A stretch of 64,000 nucleotides of DNA, from the NCBI GenBank assembly GCA_965243025.1, contig CBDETY010000003.1:4224001-4288000 (forward strand), in the 5' to 3' direction. The notes below the pieces were generated by a model. That model saw nothing but the letters and a program-made list of their open reading frames with translations, searched no databases and had not been told where the DNA came from. Both the position numbers and the translations under genes were made by a program. Positions 14,751-26,000 of this stretch are shown here, one piece after another (the first letter of the stretch is position 1; the number at the start of each line of letters is the position of its first letter). Origin of the DNA: Candidatus Latescibacterota bacterium (GTDB lineage: Bacteria; Latescibacterota; UBA2968; UBA8231).

Positions 14751-15521
14751 GGGCGGAGAGGGGCTGAGGAGCACGGTGTGGATAACTTGCTGGAAGACGC
14801 TCACACCGGGTTATCCACATCTGAGTCCGGTACCTCCGAGAGGACGAGCGATTATCTCAGGAGATACGCACCCCGAAGTGTCCAACTTAATATCGGTGAT
14901 TTTGTCAAAGAAAAAACCGGCGGTGACAGGATGTCCACCCCTCCACAGAGGAGGTGGAGGCGGAGAGCGAGCCTGACCTCGTCACGCCACCGGATCCCGC
15001 CGGTACGTCAGGGGTCCCCCCCCCATTCGTGGCAGGGGAGAAGGCTATCCCCCGGAAAGGTCTGTTCCCGGCAATCGGCGAAAACGGAGTCGCGCTACGA
15101 TCCCGAGGCGGAAAAATCGCGGTCTGCGGATAGTCGAGAGGATTTCAGGAACGGCTGCGTCGAAGTGCCGGTGTCGATGAAACTGGCTGCGGGCTGAAGA
15201 AACGGGCAGCGGAACTGCGAGGGGAGTGCCGAGAACCCACAAGCCGGCCGCATTTCTGCAAGGATCCACTTGATGGTAGCGGTGTTTCACCCCACCCCGA
15301 CATCCAGTCAGGGGTGCGCGAATCTGGGTGTCCCGCCAAGTGGGGAACCTGGGGTGTCGTTTGACATGGGTGAGGTGCGGACGGGTGAGAGCAAGCCAAG
15401 CGGAGGCGGAGGAGCCGCCGAGGAAACCGCTTCCTATGCAGAAGTGGAACCTTCCATCCATAGGCGGAGGCCGGACGAGGTTTGAGCGTATTCATCGACG
15501 GCCGGTACCATGGGACGAGGG

Positions 15522-15743
15522 TCATGGCCCTGTAATCTGTATCTCCTCTCTGGCAGCCATTTTGAATTCCTCAAGGGATGCTGCCAGCCTGTTCAGACAG
15601 CCCAGTACCACCCGGTGGGCCTTATGGGTCTTGGGATACGGGGCAATTCCGTTCACTTCGGTTTTCAGGATGTTGAGTTTCTCTAGGTGAAGCCCGGATT
15701 CAATCACCACGGCCATCAGGTCGTGATGTTCACGTCGGTTCAT
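15522..15743 (-). CDS. Small hypothetical protein
   Basis: MNRREHHDLMAVVIESG..., with a GGAG RBS upstream. Confidence 0.45.
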   Translation of the reverse strand: MNRREHHDLMAVVIESGLHLEKLNILKTEVNGIAPYPKTHKAHRVVLGCLNRLAASLEEFKMAAREEIQITGP

Positions 15744-16159
15744 TGGTCTTTCTCCACACAACAGGGTCTTTAATGGTCGGTGAACGTCAGAAAATTCTCA
15801 TCCAGATCGTGGAGCAGTTCGCGCAGGCTCTCGCGAACCGTGTTCTCCTCCTGCCGAAACAAGGTTCCAGACCTGGTTGTAGTCCCTGCCGGAACCCTCG
15901 TCTCCGGTGACGCTTTCCGTTACGGATAGTTGAGGTCCCACCTGGTGGGGCCGGGGTTAATTATAGGGACCCCTTCCTCCATCCCTGTCTGGAACCGGGG
16001 TTCCGGTGCGGTGTTTTCGGTACCAACGAAAACGCCTGCAAATCAGGACCGCAGGACGGCACCTTCGAATTGCAGGCGTTTCCCAAACACCTTGCCGCTT
16101 TCCCCTTCAGGGGTTTCCGGCCACCCCTTCTGTTTCTTTTTCTGAATCCAACCAGGATG

Positions 16160-16337
16160 AGATCACCCGCGACTTCACCACCGGCAGGCCGACGTCGATG
16201 CACTCCCGGACCACCTCGGCGTAGGACAACCGGCCTCTTCGGCCAGCTCCTCAACGGCTTTGTTGTACGGAAGTGCTCACCGACGCCCTCAAATGGCCGG
16301 GGAAGTGGATCCTTCGCCTGTATGGTCTCCTGGGCAT
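16160..16337 (-). pseudogene. Third RHH-like paralog, frameshifted
   Basis: MPRRPYRRRIHFPGHL... then LSYAEVVRECIDVGLPVVK beyond a premature stop and two compensating shifts. Confidence 0.6.
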
Positions 16338-16355
16338 GCCAGAGGGGAATTTCAG

Positions 16356-16592
16356 CTAGGAAATGGAAGGCGAGCCGGGCCACCTTCCGGGATGGTGTGG
16401 GTGGTAGTTTCTTTTCACCCGCAACTTCACCACCGGCAGGCCGATCTCGATGCACTTCCGGACTGTTTCGGCCAACGACCAACCGGCCTGGTCGGCGATC
16501 TTCTCGACGGTTTCTCTCGTGGCCCCGTTCATGGATACACTCAGGTGCCCGGGGTAGTGGCTCCTTCGCCGGTAGGGTCTGGTTTGGGTCAT
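16356..16592 (-). CDS. Ribbon-helix-helix-like DNA-binding protein
   Basis: HYPGHLSVSMNGATRETVEKIADQAGWSLAETVRKCIEIGL. Confidence 0.65.
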   Translation of the reverse strand: MTQTRPYRRRSHYPGHLSVSMNGATRETVEKIADQAGWSLAETVRKCIEIGLPVVKLRVKRNYHPHHPGRWPGSPSIS

Positions 16593-16798
16593 GCCGAAGA
16601 GGGGATGTCGTTGCTCCTGCCCGCACTGGCCCGCACCTTCGGCAGGCCGGCCTCGATGCACTCCCGGACCGTTTCGGCGACCGACCACCCGGCCTGGTCG
16701 GCGACCTCCTCGACGGCTTCTTGTGTGGCCTGGGTCACGGCTACACTCAAATGCTCGGGATAGTGGCTCGGCCGCCTGTATTTTCTCTTCTTGGCCAT
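16589..16798 (-). CDS. Ribbon-helix-helix-like DNA-binding protein
   Basis: HYPEHLSVAVTQATQEAVEEVADQAGWSVAETVRECIEAGL; ATGA coupling to the next gene. Confidence 0.65.
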   Translation of the reverse strand: MAKKRKYRRPSHYPEHLSVAVTQATQEAVEEVADQAGWSVAETVRECIEAGLPKVRASAGRSNDIPSSA

Positions 16799-16955
16799 GT
16801 TCGTCTTATTTCACAGGGGAAAAAGAAAAAAGGAAGATGGGATGCCGATGTTCATTCCCCCTTTGACCTGGCGATGGAGGCCACCCCAAGAACCAGGTTT
16901 CAGGGGTTTTGCCGATCATCCCCAATCACATCCCATCTCCCCGAAATCTGAAATA

Positions 16956-17011
16956 GAAAGAGGGGTGGGAGGGAGACGACGAAATTGCCTCCTTTCCCAA
17001 CCCCCCTCTTT
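16956..17011 (-). terminator. Stem-loop after the giant FN3 gene
   Basis: AAAGAGGGGG-TTGGGA...TCCCACCCCTCTTT followed by a T-rich tail on the minus strand. Confidence 0.5.
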
Positions 17012-17023
17012 ACCAACCTGCTT

Positions 17024-20000
17024 CTACTTGAGCAACAGCATCTTTCGGACTTGGGCGAACTCTCCTGCCTGCAGGCGGTACAGGTAGATTCCCGAAGACA
17101 CCGCCTGGCCGCGGTCGTTGGTCGCGTCCCAGGTGAAGACGTAGCGGCCGATGCTCTGGCGCTCGTTCACGAGGGTTCGGACCACCTGTCCAATCGAGTT
17201 GTATACCACCAGCTTCACGTCAGACGCCTGTGGCAGCGCGTACTTGATCGTGGTTTCCGGATTGAAGGGGTTCGGGTAGTTGAACCCGAGCGCGTAGACC
17301 TCAGGTAGCGTCTCCATCTGCACCGGGGCCGGCAGGACCAGGGGATTGACGGCGAAGGCGCCGTCTCTGACCTGGCCCTCAGTGATCCTGATCCAACCGT
17401 CTTCGAACTCCCGCAGGGCGCGGAACACCAACTCCACCGCCACGGTGCCTTCGGACACTTCGTCTCCGTAGGCGACGATGGCTTGTTTCCCCTCCGCTAC
17501 GGCCAGGACTTGCGGGTTGGCGAGGATGCCCTCCCCGAGGCCGTTATCGGCGGCTACGGCGCGAACCACCTCCAGCTCCTCGCCGTCGAACTCGACCTGG
17601 AAGCCGTAGCCCTTGAGCAGACCGAAGTCGCTCAGGTGCAGGGTCAGGACGAACTCTTCACCGACTCGCGGAAGCGGTACGCCGCCGAAGAAGTCCAGCC
17701 GGGTCTGTTCGTTCCGGCCGGGCTCGAGCGGGATGACCTTGGCGGCCGAAGCGGTCTGACGGCCGAAGTTCTCGGCGAATACGTTGTATCCGTCGATGTC
17801 CACGGCCTGTTTGGCGGCCAGATCGAAGGCCGGTTCCCATTCCGTATCCTCCACCGACGAACCGTAGTGATCGGCGAAGTGGAAGTAGTCGTCGAAACCG
17901 ACGGTCTTGTCCGCCCCGAACAAGCCCTGGATGAGCTTGCCGTTGACGTCTTCCTCGCGGTTGCGGATGGACATGGCTTCCTCCTCCTCCGATACGGTCT
18001 CGTTGTCCTGATCGAAGGCGGAGACGACGTAGGTGAACCGTATTCCGGTGATGGCCGTCGTATCCACGAACCCGGTGACACCGGGACCGACCGTCCCGAG
18101 GAGAGCAAACCCTTCGGCCTCCTCCCGGTAGATACGATAGCCCACCACGCCGCGGCTCATGTCCGAGGTTACCGGACCTACGGCGCCCTCGACCATGCGG
18201 GTTATCGAGACGTCCGAGGTCGACTCGGTCCACGACAACTGGATTTGGCCTCCGTCGTCGTCCGGGACATCCACGGCCCGGAAAGACCCCGCCGCAGCCG
18301 GCGGCGTGTTGTCGATGGCGCGAGCCGAACCCGACTGCGTAATCGACGACATCAGAACGACGCTCGGTCGCTGGTCGGTCGCTCCGCCTACCGTGGCCTC
18401 GCCCCCGATGGCCAGTTCGAGACTGGGACAGTCGGACGGAGTCAGCTGTATACCGCGCCAGCTGGCTACCAACTCACCGTCCCTGCGGGCGGTGGCGGCA
18501 TAGGAGCTGGTGCGACCCGAGTTGTTGACACTCAGGCTGACCTGCCCGGTGGCGTCCGTGGTGCCTTTCCAGAGGATGTTGGAAGACCGGGGCGAACTGA
18601 CCCGGTTGCCCGAGCCGGTGCGCCAGACCAGTACCTCCAGTCCGTCCACGTCCGATCCGGTCACGACGATGTCGGCCATACAGGCCATATCGTCCATCAT
18701 GCTGCTGCCGCCGATCTGGCCCAGGACGCCCCATACAGAGGACATCGTGTCCAGGGTGGCTACTACTGCCCGGCCTTCCGTAGCGCCGGGAGCGGCGGCG
18801 ACGCTCCCCCATTCTCTGGCCGAACCCTCACCCCGGAAGATGCGGTACGTGTCCAGTATGGAATGATCGTCGGACAGATCCCAGGTGAGCAGGACGAATC
18901 CGCCCTCATCACCCGGGTTGTCGGCGGCGACCACTCGATCCGGTGCATCCAACGGCCGCACCGTCACCGATACCGAACTGCTCAGATCGCTGTCCTCCGA
19001 ATCCTCGAACGTCAGCACCAGAGCCGTGGCCGGTACCTCGTCGCTGCGTACCCAGAATCCGCCAGTCCCCTCCTCCAGCTCCACCGGGGAGGACGAACTG
19101 ACGTTCCTCGCATCGGTGGATATGGTGACCTCGCGGTCCTCGGTGCGGACGTTACCGTACGAATCCGTAGCCGAAACCTGGCCCCGGTACGCCCGGCCTA
19201 CGGCCAGCGTATCCGGCAATCCGGTGACCACCAACTGACTGGCCTCGCCCGGGTTGTACATGATCCCGGAGAGCCCGGCCAGGGAATCACCGTCCGTGTT
19301 GCGGAGCACGATGGACAGTACGTCCGGACCTACCGTGTCGTTCAGGACGACGGTGCGCTGTCCTTCAGACCAGGAGTCCGCATCCAACTGAGCCGAGCCG
19401 CCGCCCTGATCGGTTACCCCGTCTCCGCTCAGCGTGACGCCCCGGCCTCCGGTTACTTCGAGGACATGAGCGCCTTCCTCAGCCACCGATACCGTCAGGG
19501 AAATGGCCTGACCGACGGTGCGAGCCTCGTCCGGATCTTCTATGGCGAGGTTGTTCTTGGGTACGCCGCGCTTCGGAGTTGCCTCGCGGCTATCCGAAGG
19601 CGGGCCGTCCCCGTGCTGGTTATAGGCGATGACCCGTACCATGTGTTCGATTGTATAGTCCAGATCGCCAATGACGTGGTTGACCGCGAGCATTCCGCTT
19701 ACTCTGGCCTGGCGAGACGAGGAGAAATCCTGGTCTCCCGACTTCCACTGCACCTTGTATCCGGATGCTTTGGCCATCACCCGCCACTTCACCGCAAGCT
19801 GACCGCCTTCTGCTCCCGCCTTCACCGACGAGAGCACTACCTTGCCCGGTTTCGGGTCTTTGGGCGCAGTGGTGACAGGCGGCGTCGTAGGTTGCGCAGG
19901 CGGCGTTGTTGGCGGCTGAGGAGTGGGTGTAGAGGGTGTTGATGGTGTAGATGGTCGCCGCCGGGTCGGCGTGCCTGTGACTTCGTCTGAAGGTTGTCCG

Positions 20001-23000
20001 TAGACGGAGGCCACGCCGGCAACCACAAACACCGTGTACTGGGTGCCTACCGTCAGATTCGGAATCACATGGCGTGTACCGCTGGTCACCTCGGCTAGGC
20101 GGGAGGCGTCGAAATCCTGCGTGCCCGATTTCCAATAAACTCTATACATCGTGGCGTCAGGGACTGCCTTCCAGGATACCGTGAGGGCTTCTACGCCGGC
20201 AGCCCGCACGTTGGTTACCTGGCCCGGCTGCGGAGTGCCCGTGGCCGGAGCGGAAGCCGGTCCATCGTCGGCGTCTCCGGTCTCGATTATTGTAGCAATC
20301 ACCTGAATTGTGTATTCGATGCCTGCCGTCCGACCGCCAAGGCCAATCGAAGTATGACTGAAGCCAGGGTCGTCGCCGACTTCAATCAGCGCTTGGCGGT
20401 TCGTTTCGTCGTAGTCCTCGTCCCCCGACTTCCACTGCACCTTGTAGCCGGTGGCGCCCGTGACCTCGTCCCATGCTACGGAGAGATGGTACGGGCCGGG
20501 AGTTACCATCACGTTCGCGACCTGGCCCAGACGATCCGTCGGAGTCCCGAAGGCCTCATCCGAATCCGGTCCGTCGCCCGTGGAAAGGACAGCTATTACC
20601 CGTACCGTGTATTCGGTGTCCGGTTCCAGATCCGGAATCGTATAGCTCAAACCGGTCACTTCTTCTTCGCGGTCGTCGGTTGCCGCATTCGCGAACGTCT
20701 CCGATCCCGACTTCCACTGCACCTTGTAGCCGGTGGCGCCCGGGACCATGCTCCACGATACCGCGAGCCGCTCCGGGCCGGGGTCCACCATCACGTTCGC
20801 GACCTGGCCCTCAGCCACCGGCACCGGAGTGCCTGTTGCTTCGTCTGAAGGATCGCCGTTGCCGCTCGCATTGTAGGCGATCACCTGCACCGTGTACTGG
20901 GTCGCGGGGTCCGCCGTCAGACCCTCAATCGTATACCTCGTCCCCGTAATATCCGTGGCTTCGCGGTTGTCGGTTGCGGCATCCGCGAACGTCTGCTGAC
21001 CCGACCTCCACTGCACCGTGTAGCCGTCGGCCCCGGTAACCTCGTCCCACGACAGCAGGAGCTTCTCCGCCCCGGCCACCACATTCACGCTTGCCACCTT
21101 GCCCGGCAACGGCGTGCCTGTGGCTTCGTCTGAGGGAGCGCTGTCGTCGGTCTCCGGGGTGTTGGAGTTGCTCAGGTCCAGAGTGGCGATCACCTGCACC
21201 GTATACTCGGTGTCCGCCGAAAGGCTTTCGATGGTGTAACTCAGACCCGTCCTCCGGCCTTCGCGGGTTGCCGGGTCGTAGTCCTCTGACCCCGATTTCC
21301 ACTGGATCTTGTATCCAGCCGCCCCCGGGACCGCCGTCCACGATACCGTGAGCGCCCCCGAGCCGGCAGTCACCGTCACCCCCGTCACCGTGCCCGGCGC
21401 AGGGGTGCCTCTTTCTAGATCCGAGGCCGCCCCCAACCCGCCTGCGTTGGAAGCGAAAACCTGCACCGTGTACTGGGTGCCTGCGATCAGATTCTCAATC
21501 ACATAACCGAACCCATCTTCCAGCGTATAACTGGGCGCATCTTCCAGGCGCGCCGTTCTGGTGTCGGCCGCATCATCACTATCAAGCAAGTTGTCGAAAT
21601 CCTGGCTCCCCGACTTCCACTGCACCGTGTAGCCAGTGGCGCCCGGGACCAATTCCCACGTCACCTCGAGCTGCTGCGGGCCGCGAGTCACCGTCGGGTC
21701 CACCTTGCCCGGCAACGGGGTGCCGGTGACTTCCTCTGAGGGCGGACCATTACCTACAGTTTCGGTTGCGTGTTTGGCGTAAACCTGCACCCAGTACTTC
21801 TGACCCGGAGGCATCAGCATGCCAGGACCACGCAGGTCCGTCATTGTTAATGTTACCATCGTAGGTGGCGTTGCACCTGCAGCGACGTCTTTCATCCTTG
21901 ACCGGGAGCTGTACTCCTGCGAATCCTCCCTCCACTGCACGGTGTATCCATCAGTGGCTCCCGGTTCGGCATCCCACGATACGTCGAGGGTCCCCTGGCC
22001 GAGGGCTACCCTCACGTTCTCCACCTGGCCCGGCGCAGGAGTTCCTGCGACCCCGGTTGAAGGATCTCCTTCCGCGTCCCCGGCCAAGGTAGCAATCACC
22101 CGCACCTGGTACGCGGTTCCCCCTATCAGATCCGGAATCGTATAGTTCCTTGAGGATGCGGACACCGTCTTCTGGTTGGTGCCTTCGGTGGCTGTGAAAG
22201 GATCTGGGAACGATGCTTCCGTCGTCCACTGCACCTTGTATCCAGTGGCATTCGGGACCGCGTCCCAGGTCACCTCGAGCGCTTCCGAGGCGGATGTCAC
22301 CTCCACCTGCACCACCATATTATTTGTCGATGCTACCGGGGTGAAAGGCGAGCTTGCTGATGCCTGTCCATTGCCTCCTTTGGTTGTTGTGGCGTAAACC
22401 TGCACCGTGTAATTAGTGCCCGCCGTCAGCCCCATAATCCTATAGGAAGGGTCACCAGTTTCCGGCTGGTCAATCGTGGCCTGGCGGGTCTGGTCGTAAT
22501 TCACCTCCGTCGCCAACTTCCACTGCACCGTGTAGCTATCTGCCCCTCCGATCCGGGTCCATCCTACATTGGCCCCCCAGGCATATTCTGCGGTAGCGGT
22601 CACAGTCAGCGCCCCCACCTGGGCCGGCTTCGGGGTGCCTGTGGCATCGTCTGAAGGCGTGCCGTCGTCCGTCGCCGGGTCGTTGTTGGTGGGATCGCTG
22701 GTGGCAATCACCCGCACCGTATACTCGGTTCCCGCCGTCAGGCCCGTCGTAATCGTATGGCTCGTTGCGGTCACCGTTGCTTCGTTGGTGCCGTCGATGG
22801 GTGTGAAATCATCCGCATCCCAAGAGGCAACGCTAGTCGCATCCCTCCACTGCACCTTGTATCCAATTCCAGTTCCAGAAACCGCCCTCCACGATACCGT
22901 AAGCTGCGCCGCGGCCTCGGAAGTCACCGTCACTCCCGTTACCTGGCCCGGCTTGGGTGTTTCTGTGGCCTCGGCTGAGGGCGTGCCGTCCCCGCTCGTG

Positions 23001-26000
23001 TTCATGGCGATCACCCGCACCGTGTACGGGGTGCCCGCCGTTAAACGAGCGGAAATCTCATGACTGGTTTCGGTTCCCGCGACCACGTTTTGGCGGGTCC
23101 TCGGGTCCCAATCCTGGGTTCCCGACTTCCACTGCACTTTGTAGTTATCAGCCCCCGTCACCTCCCCCCACGCCACGGTGAGCTTCCCCTCACCGGGAGT
23201 CACGGGGCGCACGGGGGGATCTGCGGTTAGATCCTGAGTAACGAGAATCACCTGGCCCGGCGCCGGCATGCCTGTGGCGTCGGCTGAGGGTGCACCGTCC
23301 CCGCTCGCGTTTACCGGGACCACCCGCACCGTGTACTCAGTGTCCGCCGACAGACTTGGAATCGTATGGGTCGTTGCGGGTGCGGTCACCGTTGCTTCGT
23401 TGGTGCCGTCGGTGGGTGTGAAATCATCCGCACCCCAAGAGGCTACCTCCGGATCCCTCCACTGCACCTTGTAGCTGGTGGCGCCCGTGACCGCGTCCCA
23501 TTCCACCGTGAGCTGCTCCGGGCCGGGAGTCACCGTCGGGGTTCCCACCATGCCCGGCTCCGGCGTGCCTGTGGCGTCGCCTGAGGGTGTGCCGTCGCCG
23601 CCAGGATTGAAGGCGATCACCCGCACCGTGTACTCGGTGCCCCCCGTCAAACTACCAATCGTATATTCCGGGTCATCGAGACCATCGGTCACCGTTTTTT
23701 GGTTGGTACCTTCGGCCGGTGTGAAATTAGCCGCAGTCCAATCGCTATTAACACTCGCATCCCTCCACTGCACCTTGTAGCCGGTGGCCCCGTCAACCGG
23801 TTCCCATTCCGCCTTGAGCTCCACCGAGCCGGGAGTCAACGTCACGGTTCCCACCGTGCCCGGCGACGGCCTTCCTGTGGCCTCGGCCGAGGGGTCGCCG
23901 TCGCCGCCAGCATTGTAGGCGATCACCCGCACTCGGTAGAGGGTACCCCCCAGAGCCGTGTCCAAAGCAGGCGACGTGCCATCACCAATTGTCGTCGTCG
24001 CCGTACTCGCACCGGTCTCCACGACTTGACGGCTGTCGGGGTCCCAATTCTCTGACCCCGTCCTCCACTGCACCTTGTAACCGGTGACACCATCTAACGC
24101 GACCCAATTCACCGTGAGCTGTCCGGCCTGGCCGGTAGTGGCCTCCGCAGTCACGCCCGTCACCTGGCCCGGCTTGGTCCACCCGTCCGTAAACGGGGAA
24201 GCTTCTCCAGCCGCCCCGCCCACCGTAGCAGTCACCTGCACCGTATACTGGGTGTTCTCACTCAGGCTCCTGATCGTATACCGCGTACCGCGAATCCCTG
24301 AAGTAGCCTCGCTGTCGTCGGTAAACGCGGAGAGGTCTCCCTCTTCCCACTCTACCTTGTAGTCGGTGGCCCCGGTGACCGCGACCCAGTCCACCGTAAG
24401 CTGCTGCGAGCCGGGAGTCACCGTCACGCCCGTTACCTGGTTGTTCCCCGGGGGTCCCGGGGTTGCAGAAACTTCTGAGGGCGCCCCATTGCCCCCATCG
24501 TTTGTGGCTGTGGCGTACACCTGCACCGTGTGCGCGGGGCGCCCCAGCCCCGTAATCCTATGCGAAGGATTTTCCCCAGTGGGGGTCTGGTCGATCACCT
24601 TGGTGCGGGTCCCGGGCCCGGTCCCGTCGTAATTCACCTCCGTCGCCAACTTCCACTGCACCGTGTAACTCTCTGCCCCCTCCAACCGGGTCCATGTTAC
24701 CGTAACCTCCCCCGGTAGGGCGGGAGTAGACTGGGCCAAGCCCTGCACCGGGCCCGGCTTCGGGGCGCCTGTGGCGTCCTCTGAAGGCGTGCCGTCGGCT
24801 AGAAAAACGTCCTCGACCGCAACTGCGGCCGCATCGTGTGTGGCAATCACCCGCACCGTGTACTCGGTGCCCACCGTCAGAGGCGTTGAAGGAGAAATCG
24901 TATAGCTCGTTGCGGTCGCCGCTGCTTGGTTGGTGGCGTCGGGTGTGAATGCATCCCAAGTTGCAACACTAGTCGCATCCCTCCACTGCACCTTGTATTC
25001 AATTCCAGTTCCAGAAACCGCCGTCCACGATACCGTAAGCTCCGCCGCCGCGTCGGAGGTCACCGTCACCCCCGTTACCTGGCCCGGCTGCGGAGTGCCT
25101 GTGGCGGTGGCTGAGGGCGCGCCGGGGCCGCTCGTGTTCATGGCGAACACCCGCACCGTGTATTCGGTGCCCGCCACCAGATCACGCGTAATCTCATGAC
25201 TGGTTGCGTCCTGGTCTTCCATGCCTTGGCGGTCGCTCGGGTCCCAGTCCTGCGTCCCCGACTTCCACTGTATTTTGTACTCATCGGCCCCCGTGACCGC
25301 CTGCCACTTCACGGTGAGCTTTTCCTCACCGGGTTCCACCGTCAAGGCATCGGTATCACTGGTTTCATCCGGGCCGTTCACTTGGCCTGGCCTCGGCCTG
25401 CCTGTGGCGTCGTCTGAGGGCGTGCCGTCGCCGCCGTTGCTGGCGTCGGTGTTGTCGCCGTTGGTGGCGATCACCCGCACCGTGTACGTGTTCTCCGCCG
25501 ACAGACCTCCAGTAGTCGCCGTAATAGTATGGCTATAGGTTGTTGGGAGTGGGTCAGAGGTCGACGCGGCCACCGTTTCTTCGTTGTCCGGGTCCGTTCC
25601 GTCATCGTCGGGCTCGAAATCCTCCCAAGAGTCTACCTCATCCGGATCCCTCCACTGTACCTTGTAGTTAGTGGCGACATCTAACCCGTCCCAGGTCACC
25701 GTGAGCTGTCCCGCGGCGGCAGGAACGGTCACCGTCACGCCCGTCACCTGGCCCGGTGCCGGCGTGCCAGTGGTGGGCGTAGGATCAGTACCACCGGGCC
25801 CATCGGGATCATCCGAGGGATGGCTGTAGTCGCCGTACATGTCTTTGGCGAAAACCCGCACCTGATACGTGACGGCCGGATCCAGTCCCGAGATTATTTC
25901 CTCATATTTCATCTCCGTCCCAGCTTCAATGACCCGCTGGCGTTCGGCATCCCAAGCTTCATCTGGATCAGTATCAGCATCATCTCCATCGGCGGCATTC

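Larger units (their letters stand above)
13434..14928 (-). mobile_element. Internally deleted IS21-family element
   Basis: TGTCA...TGACA ends, repeated subterminal motifs, 4-bp GGAT duplication, empty site at ~41557. Confidence 0.88.
12991..15100 (+). repeat. Inner inverted-repeat arm (~610 bp, split by an IS21 insertion)
   Basis: 12991-13433 plus 14933-15100 is a near-identical reverse complement of 41392-41999. Confidence 0.88.
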
